Assembly (NCBI GenBank): GCA_040326155.1
Contig: JBEQLE010000007.1
Span: 1 to 64,000 of the forward strand
Length of the DNA stretch: 64,000 bases
Direction: 5' to 3'
Origin: Leptospirales bacterium
Lineage (GTDB): Bacteria > Spirochaetota > Leptospiria > Turneriellales > JAOUFE01
Under the pieces are notes generated by a model. It ran no database searches, had not been told where the DNA came from, and saw nothing but the letters and a program-made list of their open reading frames with translations. Below are positions 19,109-28,589 of this stretch, piece after piece (the stretch's first letter is position 1; each line of letters starts with the position of its first letter). A program made the translations under genes and the position numbers.

Positions 19109-20273
19109 GCGACATTGTCTCTTGTTCTATATGGTTCACTTCACAACTTTGACCTAAAGCTGTTAACAGAGTAATACTCAGCTCACCGCCTAAGTGCTCC
19201 CGAAAATCTTCAAGGCCCTGTAACAAATCTTCCAGGCTTTGCTCCACCAAAAGAAGGGGATGATGAAGCGGCAGTCCCAACTTTTTTAAAGTATGGTAAA
19301 CTCTTAGCTCGTCTTTTTCGCTCAACATTCCCATTAAAACCGCATATCGATTGTCAATGACTATACCCATCGCCACAGCCTCCCCATGACGAATTTCAAA
19401 CGAACTCAAGGTTTCCAGACGGTGGGCAATCCAATGACCAAAGTCCAGTGGACGGGAATTGCCCACCTCAAAAGGATCACCGTTTTGAGCGATATGCTCC
19501 ATGTGAAGTTGCGCGCAGTGACGAATCATATGCGACGAAGCATTCGGGTCAAAACTACGCAACAAAGCGGCGCTCTCTTCCAGCCAGTAAAAAAAATTAA
19601 CGTCACGTATAAGGGCGACTTTCAGAGCTTCGGATAAACCCGCAATTCGATCTCGGGGTGGCAATGTTGCTAAAAACGTAAAGTCGTTCAAAACCGCAAA
19701 AGGCGGCGCAAAAGTTCCCATAAGATTTTTAGTCCCAAAGGCGTTTATTCCATTTTTTACCCCCACCCCAGCATCATTCTGCGAAAGAACAGTCGTTGGA
19801 ACTCTGACCAGACGAACACCCCGATGAAACAGAGCGGCGGCAAAGCCAACAAGATCGAGAATAGCCCCTCCCCCAATGGCAATTAAGTAAGAGTGACGGT
19901 CCATGGAGTTTTCGTGCAGCAAAGAGAGTATTTGCTTCAATCGTTCTGGACTGTTTTTCGCCGCTTCCCCTCCCGGTATCACCAAAGTAGCCATCAGGTC
20001 GATCTGATCGCGGTAACGTTCTGCATAATCCGACACTCTGGTTAACAATTCGGGGGTAGTTTTAGCGACACCCTCATCCAGGACAATTACACATTTCGAT
20101 ATTCCAGCATGCTTATCGTGTCGCCCCGCTTCCGATGACACCGCGTTTAAAATATTCGCAAACAAAGGGTCATCCACATCAAACAGCGAATGACAAAAAC
20201 AGACTTTAAATTCATAAGCGACTTGAAACTTTTGTGTGTAGGTGAATGTGGTTTCAGTAAATCCGGTATTCAT
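19065..20273 (-). CDS. eboD: EboD, 3-dehydroquinate-synthase-like sugar phosphate cyclase
   Basis: GGEAAKN, IGGGAILDLVGFAA, PTTVLSQNDAGVGVKNG, RPLDFGHW.AH, HGEAV, FREHLGGEL. Confidence 0.9.
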   Translation of the reverse strand: MNTGFTETTFTYTQKFQVAYEFKVCFCHSLFDVDDPLFANILNAVSSEAGRHDKHAGISKCVIVLDEGVAKTTPELLTRVSDYAERYRDQIDLMATLVIPGGEAAKNSPERLKQILSLLHENSMDRHSYLIAIGGGAILDLVGFAAALFHRGVRLVRVPTTVLSQNDAGVGVKNGINAFGTKNLMGTFAPPFAVLNDFTFLATLPPRDRIAGLSEALKVALIRDVNFFYWLEESAALLRSFDPNASSHMIRHCAQLHMEHIAQNGDPFEVGNSRPLDFGHWIAHRLETLSSFEIRHGEAVAMGIVIDNRYAVLMGMLSEKDELRVYHTLKKLGLPLHHPLLLVEQSLEDLLQGLEDFREHLGGELSITLLTALGQSCEVNHIEQETMSLAISQVGNSIHEGS

Positions 20274-20303
20274 TTTCCCCTTCTAAACCATCAACAAGTG
20301 GTA

Positions 20304-20331
20304 ATTATAATACGGATAAACATTTTGTCAA
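20304..20331 (-). promoter_or_regulatory. Sigma70 promoter of eboDEC
   Basis: TTGACA-16 nt-TATAAT about 30 nt upstream of the eboD ATG. Confidence 0.7.
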
Positions 20332-20373
20332 AGATTTACAGTATGAAAAACCGGTCTTTCAGAAGACTATTGC

Positions 20374-21111
20374 TTAAATCTCAGAAAACACTTTGTCGTC
20401 CAAGTCGAGGTTGAATTTAACCTTGATAAACTCGTTTCTTTTTAACATTTTGCCGTTTTTGTCATACTCTGTGCGCTGAAAAGGGAAGAACGTGCGAGGG
20501 TTGATCAGAAAGTGGGAGTATTTTATAGAGTTACTTTGTTCCGGGTCGCTGGAGGAAACAATAAAAAGGTATGCCTTTTTGCCTTTAAAGTCCACCACAC
20601 CTTTATTTTCAAATGAATAAATATTGTTGGTTAACATTTTCTTGTGGGTCTTTATAAGATACCCCCAGTCGGCGTGTTCAATACCATATCCACGTAGATC
20701 ATGCAGCTTTGCATCGGTAACATCAAGCTCTTCCATGGAAAAAAGTTTTTGCATAAACCGGGTAACTTTACCTCCGGCTCGCACCTTGACTTTACTTTTG
20801 TCTCCGTTGTGATCATAAAGCATGATCGTACCTTTATCTTTTCCACTTAGTATTTCCATGCGCACCTTGCCCGGATTTTTATAATAAAGGTGGTAAGTTT
20901 CTGACTGCTTGGAATTGCGTTTCGACGAATAAGAGTTACTGTACATCTCGTAGTCAACCAGTCTCGCAAACCTTTTTTCCATATTGCTAAGCATTTTTTT
21001 AAATGAAATCTTACTTGAACCCTCCGGCGAATGAATGCCAGCAAAGCCACCAGGAACAAATAAGAAAAGTATTAGAGTAAGATATTTTAGTTTCACAATG
21101 TTATTATACAT
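20374..21111 (-). CDS. LolA-like / DUF1571-type periplasmic protein
   Basis: Signal peptide; YKNPGKVRME..G.DKG, YLFIV, TFFPFQRTEYD, KFNLDLDDKVF pattern of the LolA-like fold. Confidence 0.65.
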   Translation of the reverse strand: MYNNIVKLKYLTLILFLFVPGGFAGIHSPEGSSKISFKKMLSNMEKRFARLVDYEMYSNSYSSKRNSKQSETYHLYYKNPGKVRMEILSGKDKGTIMLYDHNGDKSKVKVRAGGKVTRFMQKLFSMEELDVTDAKLHDLRGYGIEHADWGYLIKTHKKMLTNNIYSFENKGVVDFKGKKAYLFIVSSSDPEQSNSIKYSHFLINPRTFFPFQRTEYDKNGKMLKRNEFIKVKFNLDLDDKVFSEI

Positions 21112-21145
21112 TCTGTTCTGGCAACAGAAGTCCCTGATTTAACAC

Positions 21146-21174
21146 ACTATACACAAATTTCGATCTATTGTCAA
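21146..21174 (-). promoter_or_regulatory. Sigma70 promoter of the LolA-like gene
   Basis: TTGACA-17 nt-TATAGT. Confidence 0.6.
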
Positions 21175-21293
21175 TATTAATTTTCAATTATACCAGACCG
21201 TTCACCAATGGTGCGCATAAGAAACTATGGCAAAGCTGTCTTCTCCCCGGGTTTTCGTTCGAAAAACCACGTACTTACCGTTCACCATATCCC

Positions 21294-21395
21294 AATCCTG
21301 TAAATCATGTTAATCCTGTCTACCCCTCTTAAACCACGAAAATACAAAAGCAAAGAAAAGAAAATTCGACAGGATTTACAGGATTGTGCATGATT
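21294..21395. repeat. Inverted pair of 9-bp-unit (ACAGGATTW) microrepeats
   Basis: AATCCTGTAAATCATGTTAATCCTGTC (21294-21320) facing GACAGGATTTACAGGATTGTGCATGATT (21368-21395). Confidence 0.7.
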
Positions 21396-21410
21396 AAAGA
21401 TCCACACCTT

Positions 21411-21471
21411 GTTTTTTTCGGAAAAAACTTCAAACGTTAATCGAACGAAGCAAAATAAACCGGTATTCTGC
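21411..21471 (+). repeat. Dispersed intergenic repeat, copy 1 (partial)
   Basis: Core AAACTTCAAACgttAATCGAACGAAGC followed by GCAAAATA/TATTCTGC stem. Confidence 0.7.
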
Positions 21472-21605
21472 AGTATATTGACGAGTTTTGTTAAAGATTC
21501 AACAACCAAAAAAACAAAAAGATTTTTAGTGGTCTTCTTGATCGGATTGGGGGGTGATGAAGGCTCTTCCCGAATGGGAAAGCCGGAGTCAGGGGGGTTT
21601 GTACT

Positions 21606-21729
21606 CAACACCAAGTGTAAAAAAACCGACCCCCCACCTGAACCACGTTTTTTGGCTGTGAAAAACTTCAAACTACAATCGAACGAAGCGATGCTCAAAA
21701 AACCGAAGGATTTTTTGAGCCACTAAAGA
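21606..21729 (+). repeat. Dispersed intergenic repeat, copy 2
   Basis: CAACACCAAG ... AACCACGTTTTT ... AAACTTCAAACTACAATCGAACGAAGC ... GCTCAAAAAA-CCGAAGGA-TTTTTTGAGC. Confidence 0.85.
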
Positions 21730-21778
21730 AATAAGTTGCCTATCTCGTTCGCTGACGCATTTTGGCTAAGTAGACATT

Positions 21779-22924
21779 ATGGATAAAAAAATTTTAATAA
21801 TCGAAGATGATGAAACCCAGCGTGAACTGATGGTACAGATGATCTCTCACCTCGGATATCAGGTGAAATCAGCTGGCACAGGAAAAGAAGGGCTTGATTT
21901 GCTCACAGCCGAGGAATTTGACCTCACAATGATCGACATTCACCTTCCTGACACATCTGGTTTTCAGGTGATGAACGATATTCAGACCGGATCAGCTCCG
22001 GCATCTAAAAATACCATTATATTGCTTATGAGCGTCGACACTTCTGATGAGAGCGCTATTTTAGGAATTTCTAGCGGAGCCGATGGATACATTGGCAAAC
22101 CCATACGTTTAAACGAACTAGCCCAGAAATTAGGCTCGCTGATGAAAATCGAAGTTACGGGAGAGCAGATAAAAGAAATAAGCGAGGAAATTCGTAAAGT
22201 AGAAAATTCTTCAAGTACCTGGTCTAGAGATCTGCTCAACTACATGCTGGAAGATGGGGCGGGACGAAAAAATGACTATCTGGTGACCTTTGCCTCTGTT
22301 TTGACTATACGGGTGAACGGCCTCGACGAGATGACAGACACCCTTGAATCGGACGCATTTCATAAAGAGCTGCGAACGCTTATTGACGACCTCTCGAGAA
22401 TTGTTTATAAAAATCGTGGTTCTATGAATCACATTGTAAATGAAACTATAATGTCAACTTTCGGAACACCTGTTGTTTACGACCTCGATACTTTAAATGC
22501 CTTAATTTGCGCCGGTGAACTTTTAGAGTTTTTTCAAACGTACCGGGAACGTGTAAAGGCAACGTATAAAATTGAACCAAAAATCACCATTGGAATTACA
22601 TCGGGTAAAATCTACTCAGGCAGTATATCCGGGGTCCGCCGTTTGAACCACGCCGTTTTAGGGCAACCCGTTCGCCGAGCCCAGTTATTAATCAGTCTAG
22701 ACCATCAAGAGGGTAACCGGTTATTAATAGACCAGGAAACGAAAAAAGTCATCGAAGATTATGCCGAACTGGTAGAATTCGACCCTTCGAATACCAGCTT
22801 TAAAAAAGACGATCTCTTTGAGTTGAAATCTATTGATTACGAAAAGGTGTACGCTCTTCCAAATTTCAAGAAACAATACACACCGAAAGATTCGATTAGC
22901 GATGAAGGGTATGAAAAACTTTAA
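21779..22924 (+). CDS. Response regulator with degenerate class III cyclase domain
   Basis: REC (IIEDD, MIDIHLPD, KP); cyclase fold (STFGTP, IGITSGKIYSGSI) lacking catalytic Asp/Asn/Arg. Confidence 0.8.
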   Translation: MDKKILIIEDDETQRELMVQMISHLGYQVKSAGTGKEGLDLLTAEEFDLTMIDIHLPDTSGFQVMNDIQTGSAPASKNTIILLMSVDTSDESAILGISSGADGYIGKPIRLNELAQKLGSLMKIEVTGEQIKEISEEIRKVENSSSTWSRDLLNYMLEDGAGRKNDYLVTFASVLTIRVNGLDEMTDTLESDAFHKELRTLIDDLSRIVYKNRGSMNHIVNETIMSTFGTPVVYDLDTLNALICAGELLEFFQTYRERVKATYKIEPKITIGITSGKIYSGSISGVRRLNHAVLGQPVRRAQLLISLDHQEGNRLLIDQETKKVIEDYAELVEFDPSNTSFKKDDLFELKSIDYEKVYALPNFKKQYTPKDSISDEGYEKL

Positions 22925-22926
22925 GG

Positions 22927-23478
22927 CTATTTCCAGACCGTTCGTCTGTACCGAATAAAATAAGAAATAATTCCGCCTGTAAGTAGAAAAAGAACCGGAA
23001 TATTTGTCCACTCCTTGTGCGGCCAGTCCATCAGATACCAGACCCCGGAAATAGCTATTGCAAAAACCCCTACTTTACCCCAGTAGTTGGGTTTACCAAG
23101 CAGGTTTCTTTTCGTCAATAAGAACATGCCATAAAAAGTTCCAACAACTTCACGTAAAAAAATGAAAAGAAAAATCGCCAGTGGATAATCTCTTTTTGCA
23201 TATAAAAGATAAAGACCAATTAAAATTGCAATTTTATCGGCAACCGGATCGAGATATTGCCCGAGTGGAGTCTCTTGCCCAAGCTTACGCGCTAAAGCCC
23301 CATCAAAATAATCAGACGCTACCATTAGGCTGACAATTAAAAGTGCATAATAATTATAATTTTCGCCTTCGTATAAAATAAAATAAGAAAGTGGAAGAAT
23401 GAATATTATACGTGAAAGTGATAAAAAATTAGAGAGGGTAAAAACTCGATGGGTAATAAAAAGTTCTATGATTTTCAT
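22927..23478 (-). CDS. CDP-alcohol phosphatidyltransferase (PgsA-like)
   Basis: SDYFDGALARKLGQETPLGQYLDPVADK motif. Confidence 0.9.
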   Translation of the reverse strand: MKIIELFITHRVFTLSNFLSLSRIIFILPLSYFILYEGENYNYYALLIVSLMVASDYFDGALARKLGQETPLGQYLDPVADKIAILIGLYLLYAKRDYPLAIFLFIFLREVVGTFYGMFLLTKRNLLGKPNYWGKVGVFAIAISGVWYLMDWPHKEWTNIPVLFLLTGGIISYFIRYRRTVWK

Positions 23479-23502
23479 TTGTATTTATCTCAAAACTTTT
23501 AA

Positions 23503-24777
23503 TCATTTTCTTACTATCGTACTCTCCCGCCCCGGTCCAACTGAAATCCAGCGAATTGGTACACCCGCGAATTTTTCGATGGCTTGAACATACTTTCTTG
23601 CATTTTTAGGCAGATCGAGAAAATTCCGACACTCGGTAATGGGTTCTTTCCACCCTGGGAATTCATCATATATGACTTCAATTTTATCGTACTCAGAAGC
23701 TGGAAAATGGTTAATTCGAGTTTTATTGAGTTCATAACCCACACCGATTTTTATCGAATCGTATTCATCCAATACATCTAATTTGGTCAACACGAGTCCG
23801 TTCAATCCGTTTACCCTCGCCGCATGGCGAATAACCTCAACATCGAGCCAACCCACCCGGCGTGGACGCCCTGTAGTTGCCCCGTACTCACCGCCCACTT
23901 TACGCAAGTGTTCCGCCTCATCGCCGAATACTTCGGTCGGAAAAGGCCCCTCGCCCACTCTTGTGGTGTATGCTTTTGTTATTCCTATAACATCGTTTAT
24001 ATGACGAAAATTTACGCCTGTGCCGGCAATTGCCCCACCCGTTGTCGGGTTTGAGCTGGTAACAAAAGGGTATGTGCCGTGGTCAAGGTCGAGCATCGTT
24101 CCCTGGGCTCCTTCTAACAAAACCCTTTTTTCGGAAGATAACTCCATGTTTAAATAGTAGGAGCCGTTTACTACAAATTTCTTCATTCTCTCACCGACAC
24201 TTTGTAAGTGCTCGGTGACCTTTTTCAAGTCAAGGGGCTCCAGGTTGTATACTTTTTCAAGAATTTCGGATTTTTTTTGTACAATATGAGGAAGGCGAAT
24301 TTCATAAAACGACTTGGAGTATAGATCGCCGACACGAATTCCAATACGATCGACTTTATCGGCATAACACATACCGATACCCCTTTTGGTCGTTCCAATT
24401 TTATTATCAGCCGAAGAACGTTCTTCTATTTTTCGGTCCATTAAACTGTGGTGTTCTAATAGTATATGAGCATTATCGGAAATTCTCAATCGGTCTTCAT
24501 ATTGAATTCCTTTCGATTCGAGTTCCCCTAACTCTTCAAAAAAGGCTTCGGGATCAATCGCCATCCCCCCACCTAAAACACAAATTACATTTGGATATAA
24601 GATTCCCGATGGTATTAAGTGAAAAACATACGTTTTTCCGTCTACTTTTACAGTATGTCCGGCGTTTGCTCCACCCTGGTAACGAACAACAATGTCCATG
24701 TCATTGGCTAAAAAATCAATAACTTTGGCTTTTCCCTCGTCACCCCACTGTGTACCTATGATAATTGTTGCAGGCAT
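23503..24777 (-). CDS. purA: Adenylosuccinate synthetase
   Basis: QWGDEGKAK, GGANAGHT, IGTTKRGIG, EGAQG..LDLDHGTYPFVTSS, GATTGRPRRVGW. Confidence 0.97.
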   Translation of the reverse strand: MPATIIIGTQWGDEGKAKVIDFLANDMDIVVRYQGGANAGHTVKVDGKTYVFHLIPSGILYPNVICVLGGGMAIDPEAFFEELGELESKGIQYEDRLRISDNAHILLEHHSLMDRKIEERSSADNKIGTTKRGIGMCYADKVDRIGIRVGDLYSKSFYEIRLPHIVQKKSEILEKVYNLEPLDLKKVTEHLQSVGERMKKFVVNGSYYLNMELSSEKRVLLEGAQGTMLDLDHGTYPFVTSSNPTTGGAIAGTGVNFRHINDVIGITKAYTTRVGEGPFPTEVFGDEAEHLRKVGGEYGATTGRPRRVGWLDVEVIRHAARVNGLNGLVLTKLDVLDEYDSIKIGVGYELNKTRINHFPASEYDKIEVIYDEFPGWKEPITECRNFLDLPKNARKYVQAIEKFAGVPIRWISVGPGRESTIVRK

Positions 24778-24818
24778 AAGGTCAAAAACCGTTTCGGCTA
24801 TAGACAAACAAACTTTTT

Positions 24819-25595
24819 TTACCCACCTTGTATATGCAAACGAGTTTTTCCATATCTGTACATGACAAACCCGATAAAATAAATTATAACAATAACCAGC
24901 ACCTGCCGCAAAAGGGCGTATTCAAAAGGAAAATCGTCACGTAAAAGTTTCATAGAGGGTAAATAAAAGAGATATGGATACGGAGTAAATATGGCAAATT
25001 TTTGAACAGACTCCGGCAATATCTGTAAAGGCAATATGGAACCCGATAACAGGGAAACAGCAGAAGAATTTAATAACCAGAGAGGGAAATTATCGGTTAT
25101 ATAAAAAGAAGCCACCCCGAACATGAAAAGCAGACCGTGAAAAATAAAAAAACTAAAAACATAGCTGAGTAAAAACTCAATATCAAACCCTTTTGGCGGG
25201 GAAATCTCGAAAAAATAAATGGCAAGGGCAATTAACGGAATTCCTCTTGAAAAAATCTGAAAAATCCAGGAGCCTACGGCGTCGGCAAGGGTCATCATTG
25301 GCAGCGAAAAGGGTTTAAGTAGGTCAACCGCGATCTCGCCGGTACGAACCCTCTGGCCGATAAAGTCTCTGGTTTTAACCACCGTAACCTTAATCAAGGT
25401 GGCAAAAATTGCGTAGTTGATCATTAACTCTCTGGTAAGGCCATTTTTAGTCTGCCCCTCGACGAATACAGCGCCCCAGATCGAGGTAAAAATAAACATA
25501 TAAAGCAGAGCGTTCAACAGGGAAACAAAATACTCAAGCCGATAGGCCATATTGCGCTGGAAGCTTTTAATCGTCCACTTCCAGAAAACGATCAT
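24819..25595 (-). CDS. ABC-2 family permease (DUF990-type)
   Basis: MAYR, VRTGEIAVDLLKP, LSGSILPL, C-terminal IQGG. Confidence 0.85.
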   Translation of the reverse strand: MIVFWKWTIKSFQRNMAYRLEYFVSLLNALLYMFIFTSIWGAVFVEGQTKNGLTRELMINYAIFATLIKVTVVKTRDFIGQRVRTGEIAVDLLKPFSLPMMTLADAVGSWIFQIFSRGIPLIALAIYFFEISPPKGFDIEFLLSYVFSFFIFHGLLFMFGVASFYITDNFPLWLLNSSAVSLLSGSILPLQILPESVQKFAIFTPYPYLFYLPSMKLLRDDFPFEYALLRQVLVIVIIYFIGFVMYRYGKTRLHIQGG

Positions 25596-26593
25596 TTAAC
25601 GTCCTTGTAAATGCGGGTAAGAACCTCTTCCAGAGAACCCGACTCCATAATCATATCTTTGAGTTCCCCCCAGGACCCAAGGGCGGCGAGCATTTTTTCA
25701 TAATTCACTTCCCGACGATTCAATTCAAACTCGTATGTACTACCCCGTTTTTCAATAATAGTCACACCAGGGGGAAGCTTTCGCTCTGTAATTTTATCGC
25801 CAAATGTTATAATCATTCGGGTATGAAAAGAGTGCTTATTTATAAAACTTTTTAGAGCCCCGTCATATAAAACAGAACCTTTATCAATTAGAATAAGACG
25901 ATTTGCGATATTTTCAATATCTCCAAGGTCGTGGCTGGTAATTAAAATGGTTGTTTGTCGTTCTTGGTTAATCTTTTTTATCAGAGTTCGGAACTTCTCT
26001 CTGGCCAGAATATCAAGCCCGATGGTGGGTTCGTCCAGAAAAAGCACCGAGGGGTTATGTATAAGGGAGGCGGCAAGGTCGGCGCGAACCCGTTGTCCCA
26101 GAGATAAACGACGAACAGGTTGACTCCAAAAGTCGAATATACCGAGCGTTTCGTTAAAATAGTCGAGATTTTTTTTATATTCGGTTTTATCTACCCGATA
26201 AATTGCCTGTAAAAGATCGAAAGATTCGCTTACGGGAAGGTCCCACCAGAGTTGGGTTCTTTGACCAAACATTACGCCAAGTTTCATGGCATATTTCTTC
26301 TTGTGTTTGAAGGGGTTTAACCCATTTACCCTGATTTGGCCATTCGTTGGATATAAAATACCCGACATCATTTTAATTGTAGTCGATTTACCGGCCCCGT
26401 TTGGACCCACATAACCTACAAGTTCACCCCGGTTAATATTAAAAGAGACGTCTTTTACCGCTTCAATATGGTTGTAATAAGGGGAAAAAAGAGCTTTTAC
26501 TGCGCCCCAGACTCCTGGATTTTTCTTTAAAACACGAAAGGTCTTTTTTAAACTGGAGACCTGTATCAGTGGTTCACCGCCAGAATCATCCAT
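25592..26593 (-). CDS. ABC transporter ATP-binding protein
   Basis: GPNGAGKST, FGQRTQLWWDLP, LSLGQR, LFLDEPTIGLD. Confidence 0.92.
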   Translation of the reverse strand: MDDSGGEPLIQVSSLKKTFRVLKKNPGVWGAVKALFSPYYNHIEAVKDVSFNINRGELVGYVGPNGAGKSTTIKMMSGILYPTNGQIRVNGLNPFKHKKKYAMKLGVMFGQRTQLWWDLPVSESFDLLQAIYRVDKTEYKKNLDYFNETLGIFDFWSQPVRRLSLGQRVRADLAASLIHNPSVLFLDEPTIGLDILAREKFRTLIKKINQERQTTILITSHDLGDIENIANRLILIDKGSVLYDGALKSFINKHSFHTRMIITFGDKITERKLPPGVTIIEKRGSTYEFELNRREVNYEKMLAALGSWGELKDMIMESGSLEEVLTRIYKDVK

Positions 26594-26925
26594 TATTTTA
26601 GAAATAATGAGATTATATCATCAGGCAATTCACCGATATCGAAAACTTTATTGAGCATGGTAACGTTAAACAGTTCCTGAAGTTGCGGAGTATCGATTAT
26701 TAATTTTAAATCTCCGCCATTTTCTGATAATGTTCTTTTATAAGATACCAGTATTCCCAGCGCAGAGCTGCACAAATTTTCCACTTTACGCATATCGACT
26801 ACAGCCTTGTATTCTTTTATTTCATAGAGGCCATGTAGTGCATGTTCAAGTTCGTCAGTTTCATTTTGCGTTATATTTCCAACTGGTTCAATGACGTGTA
26901 CCCCTGAAACATTTTCTATATTCAT
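26593..26925 (-). CDS. STAS-domain anti-sigma factor antagonist
   Basis: VVDM..V..LCSSALGILV, GGDLKL, LFNVTML. Confidence 0.85.
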   Translation of the reverse strand: MNIENVSGVHVIEPVGNITQNETDELEHALHGLYEIKEYKAVVDMRKVENLCSSALGILVSYKRTLSENGGDLKLIIDTPQLQELFNVTMLNKVFDIGELPDDIISLFLK

Positions 26926-27036
26926 TATATATTCCCCACTTTAGCCTTTGGTAAGTCAACGTCTGCCAATCAAAACTAGTCTGTCAATGATAAACCCAGT
27001 CGAAATAAAAAAACCGAAAAGAGCTGACCGCTTCTA

Positions 27037-28215
27037 TTAAATGAAATCTTGCAATACTTTTCCCATTATGCGAATCCCCTTTTCAATGGTTTCTTCATCA
27101 ACACAGGAATAATTCAACCGTAACGTATTTACATTGGTCTTATTTATATAAAAAGGGTCGCCAGGTACAAACGCTATCTTTTCAGCCACGGCTTTATGAA
27201 AAAGGTCGATCGCAGAAATATGAGCAGGCAAACTCACCCAAAGAAACATTCCCCCTTCGGGTTGCGTAAACTGAACAGAGTCGGGAAAATATTTACGAAT
27301 AGCTTGGACCATAGAGTCCCTTTGTTTTCCATACGATTCGGTAATTTTACGTATATGAGCATCAATATCAGCGTCTTCCAGAAAATGACATATGACCTTC
27401 TGGCAAAAATAATTTGTATGTAAATCGGATGCCTGTTTTGCAATAATTAATTTTTCGATGAGGCTTTCATCTGCAACTAACCACCCTATTCGAAAAGAGG
27501 GAACGATGGTTTTTGAAAATGAACCCAATAAAACCGTATTTTTCGGCATAAACGTGAAAAAAGACTTTTTAGCCGAACCTTTAAAGCGCAAATCGCCATA
27601 AGGGTTATCTTCAATTAGAATTGTATCTGTATTTCCGATAATATTTGCAACTTGTTCCCGGTTTTCATCAGTATATGTAATGCCGGATGGATTCTGAAAA
27701 TTCGGTACTGTATAACAAAGTTTTACTCTGTTATTTTCAATAACCTGCTTCAAGACCTCTAAATTCATACCGTTTTCATTCACAGGCACCGGATGAAAAC
27801 GCGGTCTATACAGAGAAAAAGCCTGAATAGCCCCAAGGTATCCGGGTTCTTCAATGATCAAATTATCATTTTCGTTGAGAATTGTTTTACCGAGAAGGTC
27901 TAAACCCTGCTGGGAACCAGTCGTTATAATAATATTCTCCGGTGTAATATCTATATTCTGGTTCTTCGAATACCTTTCAACGATCCATTTTCTTAAACCG
28001 AGATCACCCTCTGATGTATTATACTGAAGAGCGTCACGACCTTCATTTTCAAATACCTTTAAAGTAGCCTTTTTCAGCTCCTCGACCGGAAACAATTTTC
28101 TATTCGGCAAACCCCCGGCAAAAGAGATGATATCTTTTTCATTTGTAACCTTTAGAATTTCCCGTATAAAAGATTTCGGTACATCTGTTATTCGATCAGA
28201 AAAAATACTTCCCAT
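27037..28215 (-). CDS. PLP-dependent class I aminotransferase (LysN-like)
   Basis: SFAGGLP, TGSQQGLDL, PNFQNPSG, EDNPY, GSFSKT..P.FRIGW. Confidence 0.9.
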   Translation of the reverse strand: MGSIFSDRITDVPKSFIREILKVTNEKDIISFAGGLPNRKLFPVEELKKATLKVFENEGRDALQYNTSEGDLGLRKWIVERYSKNQNIDITPENIIITTGSQQGLDLLGKTILNENDNLIIEEPGYLGAIQAFSLYRPRFHPVPVNENGMNLEVLKQVIENNRVKLCYTVPNFQNPSGITYTDENREQVANIIGNTDTILIEDNPYGDLRFKGSAKKSFFTFMPKNTVLLGSFSKTIVPSFRIGWLVADESLIEKLIIAKQASDLHTNYFCQKVICHFLEDADIDAHIRKITESYGKQRDSMVQAIRKYFPDSVQFTQPEGGMFLWVSLPAHISAIDLFHKAVAEKIAFVPGDPFYINKTNVNTLRLNYSCVDEETIEKGIRIMGKVLQDFI

Positions 28216-28281
28216 AAAGGTAAAAAATATCGTGGCGATATCTTGTCATTGCCTATTTTAGAGTTTTACTGCCACAAATAT

Positions 28282-28518
28282 TTATTTTATTTTCACTATA
28301 TATATAAATTTATCATCCTGCTTCGAAGTCTCCATTATTTTATTTCCGGTTCTGCGAGACCACGCAGGCATATCTTTTTCGGAACCTGGGTCGGTAGCTA
28401 TGACCTTCAAGATATTCCCTTTTTTTAAAGTTTTTGCCATCTGTGCCGTCTTAACCACCGGAAGCGGGCAGTTCATTCCCGAACAATCCAGCTCTTGCGT
28501 TACTTTTATTTCACTCAT
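28282..28518 (-). CDS. TusA-family sulfur carrier
   Basis: LDCSGMNCPLPVV, ATDPGSEKDMPAW. Confidence 0.9.
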   Translation of the reverse strand: MSEIKVTQELDCSGMNCPLPVVKTAQMAKTLKKGNILKVIATDPGSEKDMPAWSRRTGNKIMETSKQDDKFIYIVKIK

Positions 28519-28589
28519 AATTTCTATTACTATATTTTACCCGGCTGTCAACAATTTTAAACGGAAACACCGCATACTTCGGTCGCGCA

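Noticed and set aside
19065..20273. Housekeeping aroB
   Set aside because: RPLDFGHW and FREHLGG motifs and operon context indicate EboD
21282..21726. ORFs of 138 aa (-) and 105 aa (+), and 28400-28805 short ORFs sharing peptide motifs
   Set aside because: Shared peptides are translations of the non-coding dispersed repeat; no RBS or recognisable protein features
21411..21729. Possible CRISPR array from two similar ~30-nt cores
   Set aside because: Only two local copies about 240 nt apart, not identical, and no cas genes
24819..26593. ABC-2 system with only one permease gene
   Set aside because: A second permease may be encoded elsewhere; no sign of disruption here
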